The notes: generated by a model not told the origin, from the letters alone. A stretch of DNA of 64,000 bases from the human T2T-CHM13v2.0 reference genome, Homo sapiens (GCF_009914755.1 NC_060927.1), one strand, 5' to 3'. Shown: positions 1-14,611, counted from the stretch's first letter. Translations and numbers: made by a program.

Positions 1-609
1 TGAGCCCTGAGACCTGGGACTGTTTGTTACAGCTGCCAACCTGATGGATGTTGGGTGATGAATCAGAGACAGGGGTGCAGACTAGAGAGCTCTTTGGGGT
101 AAAGTCGTGGGACTTGGGATAGATTGGAAGTGGAATGAGAAAAGAGGAGGCATCGCGGACAGAGTCCATGTTTCTGATTGAGCAGTGGTGCCTTTTGCTC
201 AGAGAATGTGAGGAGGTCTTTCTGGAGGGCTGTTTGGTGCATTTCAGATACTGGAGTAGAGCTGTCAAGAGGCTCTTTTCTTGGCCTGTGCCATGTGGGG
301 CAGTCCAGCAGCTCCTCCAGAAGCATGTTATGGTGGCAAATGCTGCCCGTCATTCATCCGAAAGAGGAGACAGGGAACATCTGCCTGTGAAGTCATCGTG
401 CTGCCCTCAGCCAGAGCCTACCCAGGAGAGCTGGGGAATACTAACTGCTTCCTGCCCAGCCCAGCAACACCCTACCATGTCCATATTTGTGACCCCAAGC
501 TGTGACAAGGCTAATGTTGGGACCTAATTTATTTTTACTTCCTTTTAACAAATGTTTCCTGAGGGCCTATGATAATCATAATATTAAAACTATTATTTAT
601 TACCCACCG

Positions 610-715
610 CTAGTCCCAATTACTCGAAAGACTGAGGCAGGAGGATCACTTGAGCTCAAGAGTTTGAGTCCAGCCTGGGCAACATAGCAAGACCCCGTCT
701 CTAAAACAAAAACAA
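610..715 (+). mobile_element. Alu monomer (FLAM/AluJ left-arm type), 5'-truncated
   Basis: TAGTCCC...GAGGCAGGAGGATCACTTGAGCTCAAGAGTTTGAG...CAGCCTGGGCAACATAGCAAGACCCCGTCTCT followed by an A-rich tail. Confidence 0.85.
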
Positions 716-744
716 TTTTTTAGAAAACTACTGAAACTACTGCT

Positions 745-910
745 ATTTCTTAAGCACTTACCATGTTCTAGACAGTATGCCAAGTGCTTTACTACATTTC
801 ATTAAATCTCCAACAGAGATGGGAACTATTATTGGCCGCATTTGACAGGTGGGGAAACTGAAGTTCAGAGAGCTAACTCTGCACGAGCTAGGCTTTGGAC
901 CCAGGTCATC
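745..910 (-). mobile_element. MIR SINE
   Basis: Antisense MIR core: GCACTTACCATG...GTGCTTTAC...ATTTGACAGGTGGGGAAACTGAAGTTCAGAGAG. Confidence 0.75.
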
Positions 911-1550
911 AAATTCTATAGTCTGTTATCCCCATATGAAGCCAATTCTGCCTGGAGCACCAAGATTGACATGATCTCACAGAACTGAGCGTGGCCCCAT
1001 CTCCTGCATTCCCCGGAGAGGCCCTTTTAGTCTCTCACAGTTCTTGTTCCACCAGAGTGGGTAGTGGCTGCTGTCTGCCACCCAGCACATTGGCACATTT
1101 TGGAGACCTCTTCCTTTGTCTTTGGGAAGCCTGGGGCTGGGCTACCCCATTGCATTTCCCTCCATGAGAGGAGACTGTCATTTTGCCAGGTCCTGGGTCC
1201 TAGGTTACTGGGCCACCCACTGTTGGCATGGTGACCAGATCATGACCCAAATCATGGCCCCTGATGGGCACAGATTCCTAGGCAGCCACCGTCCTCAGAA
1301 GGGGCCAATGGGCCTGGCATCCAGAGCAGTTCTTGAGCTAGTGTGGAAACCCATTTACACCACCTTAGCCCAAAAGTAGTGTTTAAGGAATCACAGAATC
1401 CAAGGGAAAGTTTGGGCCAAAATCTAGAATCAGCCACCCAGATGTCACCACAAGCCTCTCCCCATCCCTTATCGCTACTCCTTGAAGACTGCCACAGGAC
1501 AGAGGCAGGTGGTTGCCCACCTAGCATCCCTTCTCATTTAAAAGAGCCCT

Positions 1551-1884
1551 GGCCGAGCCCTGCAGTGGGTCACACCTGTAATCCCAATACTTTGGGAGGT
1601 CGAGGCAGGAGAACCACTTGAGCCCAGGAGTTGGAAACCAGCCTGGGCAACAGAGCGAGACCCTACCTCTACAAAAAAATGAAAAAATTAACCAGGTATG
1701 GTGGGGCATGCTTGTGGTCCCAGTTACTTGGGAGGCTGATATAGGAGGATCACTTGAGCCCAAGAGGTTGAGGCTGCAGTAAGGTATGATTGCACCACTG
1801 TACTCTAGCCTGGGCTGCAGAGCCAGACCCTGTCTAAAATAAAATAAAATAAAATAAAATAAAATAAAATAAAATAAAATAAAA
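1551..1884 (+). mobile_element. AluJ with (TAAAA)n tail
   Basis: Full dimeric Alu with J-type CACTTGAGCCCAGGAG and GAGGCTGCAGT; tail is about 10 copies of AAAAT. Confidence 0.95.
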
Positions 1885-1889
1885 TCCCT

Positions 1890-2265
1890 GATTTTCTTCA
1901 GCAGGATGCTCTTTCCCAGCCTCACCATCTCAGCCATGAGATGTAAGCAGACACCTGCTATGAGTTCTGGGAAAGTTTTTGTATCCTTGATAAAAAAAAT
2001 GTCGAACACAACTGGCCTAGCCCTTCCCCTTTTTATCCTTCCTTGAATGCAGATGTAATGACTGGAGCAGAGGCAGCCATCTTATACCCATAAGAGAAAG
2101 GCAAGAAAACCACAAAATTCCAGTTCTAACCTCATTGAGTGGCCGAACCAATGCCTGTGGTCACCTGTCTCTAGATGTCTTGTCACATGAGGAAAATATA
2201 ACTTTAGTTATTAAGCCATTGAGGGACAGATTTGTTCTGACTTGCAGGAGAAAGCCATCCTAATG
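1890..2265 (+). mobile_element. Old ERVL/MaLR-class LTR fragment (LTR33/MLT1-like)
   Basis: Recalled motifs CTGGAGCAGAGGCAGCCATCTT, TGAGGAAAATA...TTAAGCCA, ...TTGCAG...CCTAAT; subfamily uncertain. Confidence 0.55.
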
Positions 2266-2389
2266 GAGACTATTGCTGTCACCGTCACTGCTGCTACATA
2301 AATGGAAACATAGTTGCCTCTGGCCCCTGAGTTTTGTATTTTATAGGCTCTGAACTCAACCTTCTGTGTCCCAAGTTTTAAAAAAAACA

Positions 2390-2560
2390 TTCCTGGGCTG
2401 AGACTCATTGGCCCAGTTTAGATTGTCTATGCCTGGGCCACTCTTCCATGGCCAGGGAGGGTGGACTGTGATTGACCCAGTTGGTGCCAACCCTTAACCC
2501 AATCAACCATGGCCAGAGGAATTGGTGGGGAGGGGGGGTGCCATTTGAATATGAAGATAA
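2390..2560 (-). mobile_element. MLT1 (K/L-like) LTR fragment
   Basis: CTCATTGGCCCAG...CCCTTAACCCAATCAACCATGGCCAGAGG resembles antisense old MLT1. Confidence 0.45.
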
Positions 2561-3789
2561 GAGAGCTCCAGGCAGCCTGGCTCATTAGTGTGTCATTCTG
2601 GTCACCCAGATCAAGGGCACTCACAAGGTCGTCCTCACTCCCGCCTCGCTTTCATCCACTCTACCATGTTTACTGCACGTTCACTGTGTGTGCTGCACGG
2701 TGCTAGGGCAAGATGGAATTTGAACTGGATTATCCAGAGTCCAAGATCTGGCCCGTATCCACTGCTAGACCCTGCAGGCAACCTGGCTCTGTCCCCTTAG
2801 AGTCCTTGGTCTCAGTTTACAGGCTCGGGTTCAAACTCGGGCTCTGCCACCCATGGCTGCTGACAGTTTCCCCCTGCTGCTCAGCTTTCTCGTCTGTAAC
2901 AGGTAGGGGTTCCCTTGCTGAGTTCAGAGTCCTTTCCTGGCGTCAGTGAGCTTCGGAGTCAGCAGGCTGGATTCCATTCCCAGCTTACCCTCTCCTGGCT
3001 GTGTGACCTCAGGCGGCCACCTCACTTCTCTGCACCATGATCCCCTGTCTTTAAACCATGGGGATGACCCTGCCCCCAGGTTATGGGGTAGAGTAATTCA
3101 TGAGATGACCCTGGGTCACACAGGAGGTGCTCAATAAATCCTAAAAATAAAAGCTTAGCAGCCCCAAGGGAATGTGTGACAAATTATAGGCAGGATTTCC
3201 TGAGGCTGGCAGTCCAGGAAGAGGTCAAGCATTGGGTGGGGTTTATCCCCCACCCCCCAGGCCTGGAGAAGCTCCTGAAACAGGCAGACAGGACAGGAAT
3301 GGGGCTCCCAGACCCCTGCCCTTGCCTGCATAATCTTGTGGGACTGGTTGGCAGATGTGGGTCAGTGGTGCATACGCGTCCCTGGAGTGAGGGCAGCGGA
3401 AAGCTGTTCCTGTCCATCTGAGGGCTGGCAGCCACCAGGGCCACATCCGCATAGAAGAAAGAAACCAAGGGCAGCACTTGGGTCCTGTCACTGACAGCTG
3501 CTGGCCACAGAAGAGAGGCTGACCTTCTCTTTGTCCCCCCGGGAGGCAGGCGGGGCTGGTGAGGGGACGAGGGTTTCAATCCAGGCACTTGGGCAACCCT
3601 CCCCACGTAGCTGGCGTTTCTTCCCAAGCCACAGCCCCGGGACTACATGAAAAACAAAGCTTCCTGGCCCCAGCAGCATGTATCACTGCCTTCCTGGGCC
3701 AGTCCCTGGGTAGGGCTTTGGAGAAGGGGCAGCACTCACAGACTGATGGAGGATGGGAACTGCAGGCCAGGTTGGAAGAGCTCCCTTTA

Positions 3790-3975
3790 CCGACAATCTG
3801 CAGAGCATTAGACACTGTGCCCAGCACATTCACTTAGGTACACTCTGGCCCTTGGAAGGAGGACCCGTTATTACCCCCATTGTACAGAAGAGGAAACTGA
3901 CGCTCAGAGAGGCAGGCTGGCTTACTGTGGGTCACACAGAAAGTGGGAGCTTGGATTCCAGACCAAGTCTGCCCA
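3790..3975 (-). mobile_element. MIR SINE
   Basis: CCCCATTGTACAGAAGAGGAAACTGACGCTCAGAGAGG...GGTCACACAG. Confidence 0.75.
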
Positions 3976-4139
3976 ACCCCTAAGAGTGGCCTCTTTCTCT
4001 CATGTGACGTAGTCTCCAGGAAACAGGCGAAAAGTCCAAATGGCATCATGGTAGGGTGGGAAGCATTTGGGCCGGGTGTCAGGGAACCGCTCCTAGTTCC
4101 TCAAGGGCTTGAACCACCCTTCCTTCCTTTCCCCAGCTG

Positions 4140-4390
4140 AGCTCTTCCTCCACCTCCAGGTCTCCATTTAGACGCCTCCTCCAGGAATCTCCCCTCGATT
4201 TCCCCTGCCTGGGACTCCACCTCTCAGCTCCCGTAGCCCCCTTGGTCTGAACCCATCTGTCCTCCCCAGGAGAATCTAAACTCCATAGGGCAAGACGACG
4301 TCTGCCAAATTCCCCACAGAATCTTCAGGGGTTGGCAGGGTGGCTGACACATAGTAGGCCCTCAATAAATATTTGTGGAATACATGATAG
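4140..4390 (+). mobile_element. L2 LINE 3' end
   Basis: CCTCCTCCAGGAA...ACATAGTAGGCCCTCAATAAATATTTGTGGAAT, the canonical L2 terminus. Confidence 0.7.
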
Positions 4391-5650
4391 ACCAGACACC
4401 CCAGCCCCAAAAGCATGGAGCATAGACCCTTTTCTGGGGTAAGGGCTGCATCTCTGGGCCAAGGAGAACAGGATGGGAGAGATCCCAGGAGTCCCAGGGG
4501 TCCCAGAGACTCCCTCTCAGGACCGTGCCCCCTGCCCACAGTAAAACGTGTCCCCAGAGCCCAGCCCATCACATTTTTTCCTGACAACTCACTCTGTGAT
4601 TCATTCTTAGCCCCTGGCATGCCTGGGCCTACCCAGAAGCCATAGGCACTGGTGCTAAGTTTAGTGACTGCAAAATGTCCCCGTGAAATTCCAGACAGAG
4701 CCAAGGGGCTGGCGGCGCATTCCACAGAGCTTTCTTGGGTCCTCCCACTCTGCTGCTGGGCGTGAAGGGGAACCAAAGCGTCCTTCCAGTAAATAGCCTG
4801 GAAGGGCCAGGTCCCTATCTGAGGGCCTTGACTAGTGGCCACAGAGCTCAAGGGCAAAGGTGGCCATTATTGTCAGAGGAACTTGGTGTGGAGGACTGGA
4901 AGCCTCGGAAAGCCTTCAAATAATACACCATAATGAAGAGGGGACTTGAGGTTCAGGACAAACCTCTCTCTCCCTTGGAATCCTATAGAGATGTTGAACA
5001 GTGCATGCCCAGGTAAAACTTCCCTGCTTAGAGCTGAGGTCTGCCTGCCTATGCCTATCTAGAAGATGGGAATGTCCTGGCTCTGCCCTTTGGACCTCAG
5101 AGCTACCTGTCTCCCGCTCTTCATAGGACAGGACCTCCAGCCCTCTCCCTGCTCTGTAGCCACCTCTAGATTTTTCTCTGTCTGCTCTGACCCTTTCTCA
5201 AAGATGAGCCAAAGATCCCAAAACAAGACAGAACAGAGGAGAGGGTCTGAGATGTACAGGAGGAAGGTCTCGAGCTTGTGGTCCATTAAGACCTTCAGAT
5301 CTTATTCACATTAACATATTCCCTGGGAAGGCCTCCCTCGGCACACGTCTAGCAATTGGTTTCCATTAATTTCTCCTCCATGAGGGAGAAACCATATCCA
5401 CCTCATTATTTGACTCAGCAATCTCAGTCTCATTGCTGGACTGTCAGCTCCACAGGGCCAGGGAGGGGCTGTCATAACACCACACTCTCCCCAGCCCTGA
5501 GCATGATATCTGCACAGAGGTGGCACTGAGAGGGCAGCCTTTTTTCAAATGTGAAATATAAATACAACAGAAGATTATAACCACTAAAAAATAATTTTAA
5601 AACAATAAGTCAAAGCAAATTAAGTCAAATCAATAGGGTAATAAAAGCAC

Positions 5651-5916
5651 TTTTTTTCCTTTTTGAGACAATCATGATCACTGCAGCCTCAACTGCTGGG
5701 GCTCAAGCAATCCTCCTGCCTCAGCCTCCCAAGTTGCTGGGATCACAGGTGCATACGACCACACTTGGCTAATTTTTTTGTTTTTGTAGAGACAGAGTCC
5801 TGTTATGTTGCCAGTCTGGTCTCAAACTCCTGGCCTCAAGTGATCCTCCCACCTCAGCCTCCCAAAAGGAAGTGGGAGCTGTTGGCTCATACAGGCATGA
5901 ACCAACATGCCTGGCC
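5651..5916 (-). mobile_element. AluJ with an internal deletion and a short non-Alu insert
   Basis: Antisense Alu; AAAGCACT flanks both sides (TSD). Confidence 0.9.
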
Positions 5917-6244
5917 AAGGAAAGCACTTTCAACTAATGGTGCTGAAACAATGAGACATAGATATAGAAAAAAATATATATGTCAACTGCTGCAATTGAT
6001 TCAAAAATCAATTTGAAATGGATCTAAATGTAAAAAGCAAAGCCAAGCTTATAAAGGAAACACATTAATATTTTTGCAACATTAGAGAGGCAAGGGTTTC
6101 TTGGTCAGGACACAAAAAGCACTAACTTTAAAAGAAAAAAAATGGATAAGTTGGATTTCATCCAAGTTCAAATTTTCTGCTCATTAAAAGACAGCATTAA
6201 CAAAACTAATAGGCAAACCAAAGACTGGGAAACAATATTGACTC

Positions 6245-6247
<3 letters not shown>

Positions 6248-6285
<38 letters not shown>
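6248..6285. repeat. (GT)19 microsatellite
   Basis: Read directly. Confidence 0.97.
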
Positions 6286-6286
<1 letters not shown>

Positions 6287-6350
6287 ACAAAGGGTTTATT
6301 TGAGAACATATAAATAACTACAAATGAACAGTAACAAGATGAATAATCCT

Positions 6351-6658
6351 GGCCAGGCTCGGTGGCTCACGCCTGTAATCCCAGCACTTGGGGAGGCCGA
6401 GGCGGGCAGACCACTTGAGGTCAGGAGTTCAAGACCACCCTGGCCAACATGGTGAAACCCCGTCTCCACTAAAAATACAAAAATTAGCTGAGCCTGGTAG
6501 TGCCCACTTGTAGTCCTAGCTACTCGGGAGGCTGAGGCAGGAGAATCACTTGAACCCAGGAGCCGGAGGTTGTAGTGAGCCGAGACAGCGTCACTGTACT
6601 CCAGCCTATGTGACAGAGCGAGACTCCGTCATAAAAATAAAAAAAAAAAAAAAGAAAA
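6351..6658 (+). mobile_element. AluS (Sx/Sz-like)
   Basis: GAGGTCAGGAGTTCAAGACC, GGAGAATCACTTGAACCC; perfect TSD AAGATGAATAATCC at 6336-6349 and 6657-6670. Confidence 0.96.
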
Positions 6659-7364
6659 GATGAATAATCCAATTGTGAAACATGGCAGAAGACTTGAACA
6701 GATACAAAAGAAGGTATCTGGCTGATAAGCACATAGAACGATGCTCAGCACCAAGGAAACACAAAATGTTAAAATTATAATTATAACCAGATGCCATTTT
6801 ACACCTACCAGAATGGCTGCATTTTTTTTGTAAAACTTACAACACCAAGTGCCATGAGGATGAGGAGCGGCTGGGGCTCTGACTCTGCTGGAGGATGTGT
6901 GAACTGTGCAGATATTTGGGAAAACATCGGCAAGTTTCCTATAAAGTCAGGCAGCTAATGGGATTTTTAAGATACCTTAAATTAAGCAGACATCTACTGA
7001 ATAACTCAATCATTCCACTCCCAGCTTCTTTACCCAGGAGAGATGAAAACATGTCTCCACAAAGACTCATATGCAAATATGTGTGACAGCTGTCACACAC
7101 ATATGAGCCCCAAACTGGAAACAACCCAAATTTCTATCACCAGGGATGTGGATAAATAAAACTGTGGAGCATCCGTACTATGGAATACTACTCAGTAATA
7201 AAAAGAAATGAACTACTGATAGACACAATAACCTGGATACATTTCCAAAACAGCACACTGAGGGAAAGATGCCAGACCCCAGAGAGAACATCCTGTACAA
7301 GTCCATTTACGTGAAGCTCTGGGACAGGCAAAGTTGAGCTGCGCTGAAAGATATCAACACACAA

Positions 7365-7759
<395 letters not shown>

Positions 7760-7881
7760 TCAAATCTTGCTCAAGTGATAATATCAAGGGCAACTACAAG
7801 TGTAAAAAACTCATTGAAGTGAACACTTAAGATGTATACAATTTATGCTGCCCTAGTTATATTTGTCTTCAGCAAAATATC

Positions 7882-8216
<335 letters not shown>

Positions 8217-8239
8217 TAAAACAACTAATATTAATAATA

Positions 8240-8905
8240 ATTTAAAATAATAATAATATTGCAAACTGTGAACTTCTACCACCAGCTTATAAAATAGAAC
8301 ATTACTACTATGCATCCTTCTCCCTTTCTCAGAGGTAATCACTAGCTGGGATTTTACGTTCGTTATTCCTCTGATTTTCTTTTTAATTGTACTACCTCTA
8401 GTCTATTCCCTACATAGCATATTGTTTTGTATGCCTGTCTGGACACTCTATAGGAATGGACTCATTCTGTTTGTATTCTTCTGAGACCTGCTTTTTTCAC
8501 TCACATTGTGTCTCCATCATTTATTCATCCATTCATTCATTTGTTCATTCACATAGCTATAACTCATTCATTTTCATTGCTGTATACTATTCCAACGTAG
8601 AGCTATTTATCATTCTTCTGCTGATGGCCATTGGGTTACTCTAGGTTATAGCAAATTGTGCTTGTGCATGTCTTCTGGTGGGTGTGGGTATGAGTTCCTC
8701 TAGGGTAAAAAGGCAGGACAGGACTTGCTGGGTCATGTTAAACATGTCTCTAATTTACTAAATAATTCCAAGTTTACTAGAAATTACTGGGTAGTTTCCA
8801 AAATGGCCACCCCAATTTAGACTGCCACAGTAGAGGATGAAAATTCCAGCTGCTGCACATCATCACCAAACCTTGGCATTATCAGAATTTTCTATGTTTG
8901 AAAAC
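8240..8905 (-). mobile_element. L1ME-type 3' end
   Basis: TTCATTCATTTTCATTGCTGTATACTATTCCA, CTGATGGCCATTGGGTT, CACATCATCACCAAACCTTGGCATTATCAG. Confidence 0.75.
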
Positions 8906-8910
8906 AAAAA

Positions 8911-9340
8911 TAGGGATCACAAACTCAAATGCCCTGGGCACCATTAATGTAACCAGTGACTAGACTGGGAGGACAGTAAGGACTGGTGGGGACTGCAGCA
9001 AACATCTGAAAGAGGCAGACTTAGCTCCGCTCCCTGACTGTGGCCAGGAGGGAATGCAGACCTTGGGCTGCCAAAGCTCTGGCGTTTTCCAAGGAAGCTA
9101 GATATCTAGATTTTTACAGAAAGTCTTCTTTTGAAATGTCAGCAAAGATTTCAGATTTGTTTAAAACACAGTACGGCCGGGTGTGGTGGTTCACACCTGT
9201 AGTCTCAGCTACTCAGGAGGCTCAGGCAGGAGGATCGCTTGAGCCCAGTTGTTGGAGACCAGCCTGGGCAACACAGGGAAACCTCGTCTCTTAAATAAAT
9301 AAATAAAACACAGTATGGACCGTGTATATTTGTGGGACAA
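8911..9340. mobile_element. MER45-family hAT-Tip100 DNA transposon with an Alu monomer inserted
   Basis: Terminal AGGGATCACAAACTCAAATGCC and internal GGGAATGC...GCTGCCA...AAGCTAGATATCTAGATTTTTA match recalled MER45B. Confidence 0.6.
9175..9308 (+). mobile_element. FLAM-type Alu monomer
   Basis: Single monomer plus (TAAA)n; TSD TAAAACACAGTA on both sides. Confidence 0.9.
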
Positions 9341-9619
9341 GCCCAAACTATTCCTTTTAGATTTCTTCTGTTAAAATTTAACTCAGTTCAATGTGTAGCT
9401 CTTGGAGCCTATTGGAGCTTTGGCAAGTGACCTGACTCTCCACAACACAGGTGCCTATGCGCACCACCAGCTATTGTTCCGTTCTGTACCAGCGTGAGTT
9501 CATTGTTCTTCCTTCTGCTTTGTTGTTGAGAAAGCTCAGGTTTCCAGAAGTCCTGCTGACTCAGAGGAACAAGGGTAATGAGGGTAATTACTCTAGTGTG
9601 CTGTGAAGTAAAAGCTACT

Positions 9620-10562
<943 letters not shown>

Positions 10563-10740
10563 GCCTGCCTGTGAAGCACCTACTATGTGCCGGACCCTGT
10601 GCGCCAGGCCATGGCGCGGTGACATAATGGAGGACTGTGGCCCAGGCCTCAAGGAGCCCAAGACCTAGAAGAGGAGACAGAGACATCCACAGAGAACTGC
10701 AGTCCAAGGCAGGAAATGTCACTTGGGAGCAGGGATGCCG
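10563..10740 (-). mobile_element. L2 3' end (antisense), tail-to-tail with the preceding L2
   Basis: AGCACCTACTATGTGCC...GCCTCAAGGAGCCCAAGACCTAG. Confidence 0.65.
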
Positions 10741-11042
10741 TTGGGTGCCCTGCAACATCCAGCTTGGCTGTTTGCTGCTGGCATCCATGCCAGTGGGTTG
10801 CTTTGTCCTGCCAGTTGTGAACTATTTTAATTTTCTCCCCCGGATAAAGCTAGAGGTTAGAGCAAACTCTGCTGGGGTTTTTTTTATTTATAAGAAAGGA
10901 CTTAAGGGCAGATGAGCACTGGGTGCAGAGTCAGAATCCCAGCTCTGCCCTCTTAGCTGTGGGCCTCGGGAAGTGTCAGTGTGGAGGGAGGACAAACACC
11001 ACGCCCCACTCCACACACACAGGAGGGCAGAAGAAGTCAGCA

Positions 11043-11851
11043 CTATCCTGTGTCGAGTGATGGGGAGCGTTTTAAGAAATGTGTCCTTAGGCAATCTCCT
11101 TGTCGTGCAGACAACAGAGAGTGTCCTTACACACCCACGTGGCACAGCCCACTATACACCTAGGCTGCATGGGATGGCCTGCTGCTCCTAGGCTACCCAC
11201 CTGTACAGCGTATGACTGTACGGAACACTGCAGGCAGTTGGAACACAGTGAGAAGTATTTGTGGACCTGAACATATCCAAACATAAAAAAGAAACAGTGA
11301 AAATACGGTGTGAAAGATAAAAAGTGGTTCCCCTGTACAGGGCCCTTACCATGAATGGAGCTTGCAGGACTGGACGTTGCCCTGGGTGGGTCAGCGAGTG
11401 AGTGGTGAGTGCACGTGAAGGTGTAGGGCATGACTGCACCACTGCAGACTTCAGAAACACTGGAAACTTGGGCTACTCTAAATTCACTTTAGTTTACTGT
11501 CACTTTTTTACTTTATAAACTTTTAAACTTTTTAAACTTTTTGAGTCCTTTCTAATAACACTTAGCTTAAAACACCTTGTGCGGCTGTACAAAAATATTT
11601 TATTTCTTTATATCCTTATTCTATAAGCTATTTCCTATTTTAAAACTTTTAATTTTTTTTTTTTTACTTTGTAAACTTTTTTGTTAAAAACGAAGTCACG
11701 AACGCACACATTAGCCCAGGCCTACATAGGCTCGGGATCATCAAGACACCACTACGCGATAGGGATTTTTCAGCTTCATTAAAATATTGTGGGACCGCCA
11801 TCATGTACACGGTCGGCCATTGACTAAAATGTCATTGTAATTGTATGACTG
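11043..11851. mobile_element. Tigger3-family (Tigger3b/c-like) TcMar DNA transposon
   Basis: AAGAAATGTGTCCTTAGGC...ACACCTAGGCT...GCTCCTAGGCTAC...CCCTTACCATGAATGGAGCTTGCAGGACTGGA...terminal ATGACTG. Confidence 0.85.
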
Positions 11852-11950
11852 TGCTTACTCTGTGCCTGGCAGTATCCTCAGTGCTTTGCATATATTAACC
11901 CGTTTAATTCTCACAGCCATCCTTTGAGAAATGCGCTATTTTTTTCCACC

Positions 11951-12260
11951 TTTTATTTTATTTTATTTTTTGAGTTAGGGCCTTGCTCTGTCGCCCAGAC
12001 TGGAATGCAGTGGTGTGATCACAGCTTACTGCAGCCTCGACATCCCAGGCTCAAGCAATCCTCCCACTTTAGCCTCCACAGTAGCTAGGACTATAGGTGT
12101 GCACTACCACGCCCAGCCAATTTTGTTTTAATTTATTTTTTGTAGAGGTCATGTCCCACTGTGTTACCCAGGCTTGTCTTAAACTCTAGGGCTCAAGTAA
12201 TCCTCCCACATCAGCCTCCCAAACTGTTGGGATGACAGGCGTGAGCCACTGCACCAGGAC
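11951..12260 (-). mobile_element. AluJ inserted into a MIR
   Basis: Antisense full Alu; MIR sequence continues on both sides (11853-11945 and 12262-12340). Confidence 0.93.
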
Positions 12261-13554
12261 TCTCCTCATTTTATAAATCAGGAAACTAAAGAAGGGAGAG
12301 GTTGAGTCCTTGCCCCCAGGTCTGTCTTACTCCTAAGCCTGGGCTTCACCAGCTGTGTGGTGCGCCTCCATACTGCGCCAAGGCAGCCCACTCAGACCTG
12401 TTCTGCAGCCCAGGAGGGCAATGCCAAGGCCAGCCTGAGAGGTAGCAAGCCTCCAGTCTCAGGGGGTGTGCAAACCAAGGAGGTCAAGGATGCTGTGGGG
12501 ATGGGGCCCAGGGTGGCCTGTATGCTCCTCTCCCTGCTGCACTAGGGGGGCCCTGAGTTACATGACCCACTTGACCCCCGGCTGGTCACTTCTGCTGTGG
12601 GCACCAGCCAGGGCACATGGGACGATTTGGCCCAGATGTATCAGCTGCCTTGGGGACCAGCTTGGGTTGAAGCTCGGAATTCCAGGGGCTCCACAGGGCC
12701 TAGCAGGGCCCTGCCCTCACCTTGGGAAGGTAGTGACCTCTCCTGTGCCAGGGCTGTACACACCAAGGGGCTGAGCAGCCAGCAGAGCAGAAAACATTGC
12801 TCTAATTAGTCTAATTAGGCTCTGCGCAGTGGCATCTGAATCTGCCCCAAAATATTGTAGGTTTCTGTCCCCACAGGGGCCCAGCTGGGCCTAGCTGCTT
12901 GGTGGTGCCAGTGGGTGGGAAGCCTGCCAGGCCGGAATCTGCCATGAGCCCTTTCCTTTCCTTCCTTCTTTCCTCCCTTAGACATTTATTGAGCACCTAC
13001 TTTGTGCCAGGCACACTCTGCTTGATGCCTTAACGGTTGGTGTTCTATGTCTTAAGGCTCCTGGGGTGGGGGTCACCTCCTCTCCTTCAGTCCACTGTGC
13101 TGAAGAGTAGGGCTCTGACAGTCCTGGGTGCAAATCCAGAGACTACCATGTGCTCACTGTGTGGCCTCAGGCAGGTTGCTTTTCACTCTGTAAAATGGGC
13201 TGACCACTCAGACCATGTAGAATGTGTCCATGGGAGCCCCTCCTCGAGGTTAGTTGAAGTCTCACCTCCTCCAGGAAGCCCTCCTGGTCTCCTAAACCCA
13301 ACTAGCCTCTCTCTCCTGGACTCTGGTGGTGCCCCTTGCCCCTACCATGCACTGGGGAACATCAGGGCTGAAAGGCTGGAAGTGACCAATGAGTTCAACT
13401 TTTGCCCCATGTTACCCAGGGGAAACTGAGGCCCTCTCTGGGGATTGCTTGAGATAATACAATGAACCAATGGCAAAGTCAGCACTAGAACTCAGGTCTC
13501 AGGACTCCCTGCCCAGTGCTCTTCCCACAACAGGGCTCTCCTGGAGGCAGCTCG

Positions 13555-13985
13555 GCTGGTGGTGAAGACAATGGACTGAGGAGTCTGTTGGACCTGGGTT
13601 CGAATCCCAGCTCCACCACTTACCAGCTGGGAGACCCAAGGCAGGTCCCTCGGCTTGCTGAACTTTGGCCTCTGCATCTGTAAACAGGGGCGGTGATCAC
13701 ATTGTTGTCAGGGCATCTATTGCAGCGTGCCCTTGGGGAAGTCAGGGGTGTCAGTCTCACGGGCTTTCCTCTAGGCCCTGTCCGTGGGTAGATGCACTCT
13801 GGAACCAGGCCTGGCTTTGTTCCTTCCCAGCTGTGTGACCTTGGGCAAGTTACTTCACTGCTCTGCGCCTCAGTTTCCCCTCTGCTAAAACAGAGCTAAC
13901 ACAGAAACACTCCTTGTTAAGGATGAAATGAGTTACTGTTGTGAGGTGGTTAGAACAGACCTTGACACATGGATTAAATGTTAAA
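13555..13985 (+). mobile_element. Two MIR SINEs
   Basis: GACCTGGGTTCGAATCCCAGCTCCACCACTTACCAGCTG and AGCTGTGTGACCTTGGGCAAGTTACTT...CCTCAGTTTCCC. Confidence 0.8.
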
Positions 13986-14149
13986 ATACAAATGCCTGCC
14001 TTGCATTCCCCACCAATACCCTGGGGGAGGTTTAATCCCTCACTTCCCAGAGGGCTCTGCAGTTACTTCGGCCAGGTACCCCACAGGATGGGGGCACCCA
14101 GCCCAGCCCCCTCTGCCCAGAGTGTGAGCTCCGGGCAGCAGTCACTGGG

Positions 14150-14310
14150 TGGGTAAAGAAAAGATTACACATTTGTGAACCTTTTAGTTTCTATTTTGTG
14201 TTTGTTTTATAATGTACATAAGATACTAGCTCAGTAATCACATCTGTACTTTCCAAATAAGTATTCAACCATGAGGCCATATGCTCCCTCAAGTTTGGAG
14301 ACCTTTGCCC
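14150..14310. mobile_element. hAT-Charlie-like DNA transposon remnant
   Basis: AT-rich TTTTATAATGTACATAA body ending AAGTTTGGAGACC(TT)TG, resembling a hAT terminus; family not certain. Confidence 0.45.
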
Positions 14311-14611
14311 TAAAATCCTAACATTCGTAACAGCAAACCCTCAGGCTGCCCCCCCAGGAGCCAGGCACTGTAAGGAACACCTTCCCTGTGTCCATCCACC
14401 GGGTCCCCTGACGACCCAACAAGGTGAGTGCCATCAGTGTCCCCACCTTCCAGCTGAAGCAACGAGGAAGTTGAGGACTCACTGAGAGGACACAGCTGGC
14501 ACCAAGCTATGCCCTTGACCACTGGGCTATGCTGCCATTTTAAACCCAAAAGGTCTAAAAGGAAAGGAAAGATCTCCTTCATGAGGATGAGTTTTCTTCC
14601 TTTATCTCTCA

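Noticed and set aside
13590-13625. tRNA-like B-box GGTTCGAATCCC
   Set aside because: Part of the tRNA-derived head of a MIR; no cloverleaf.
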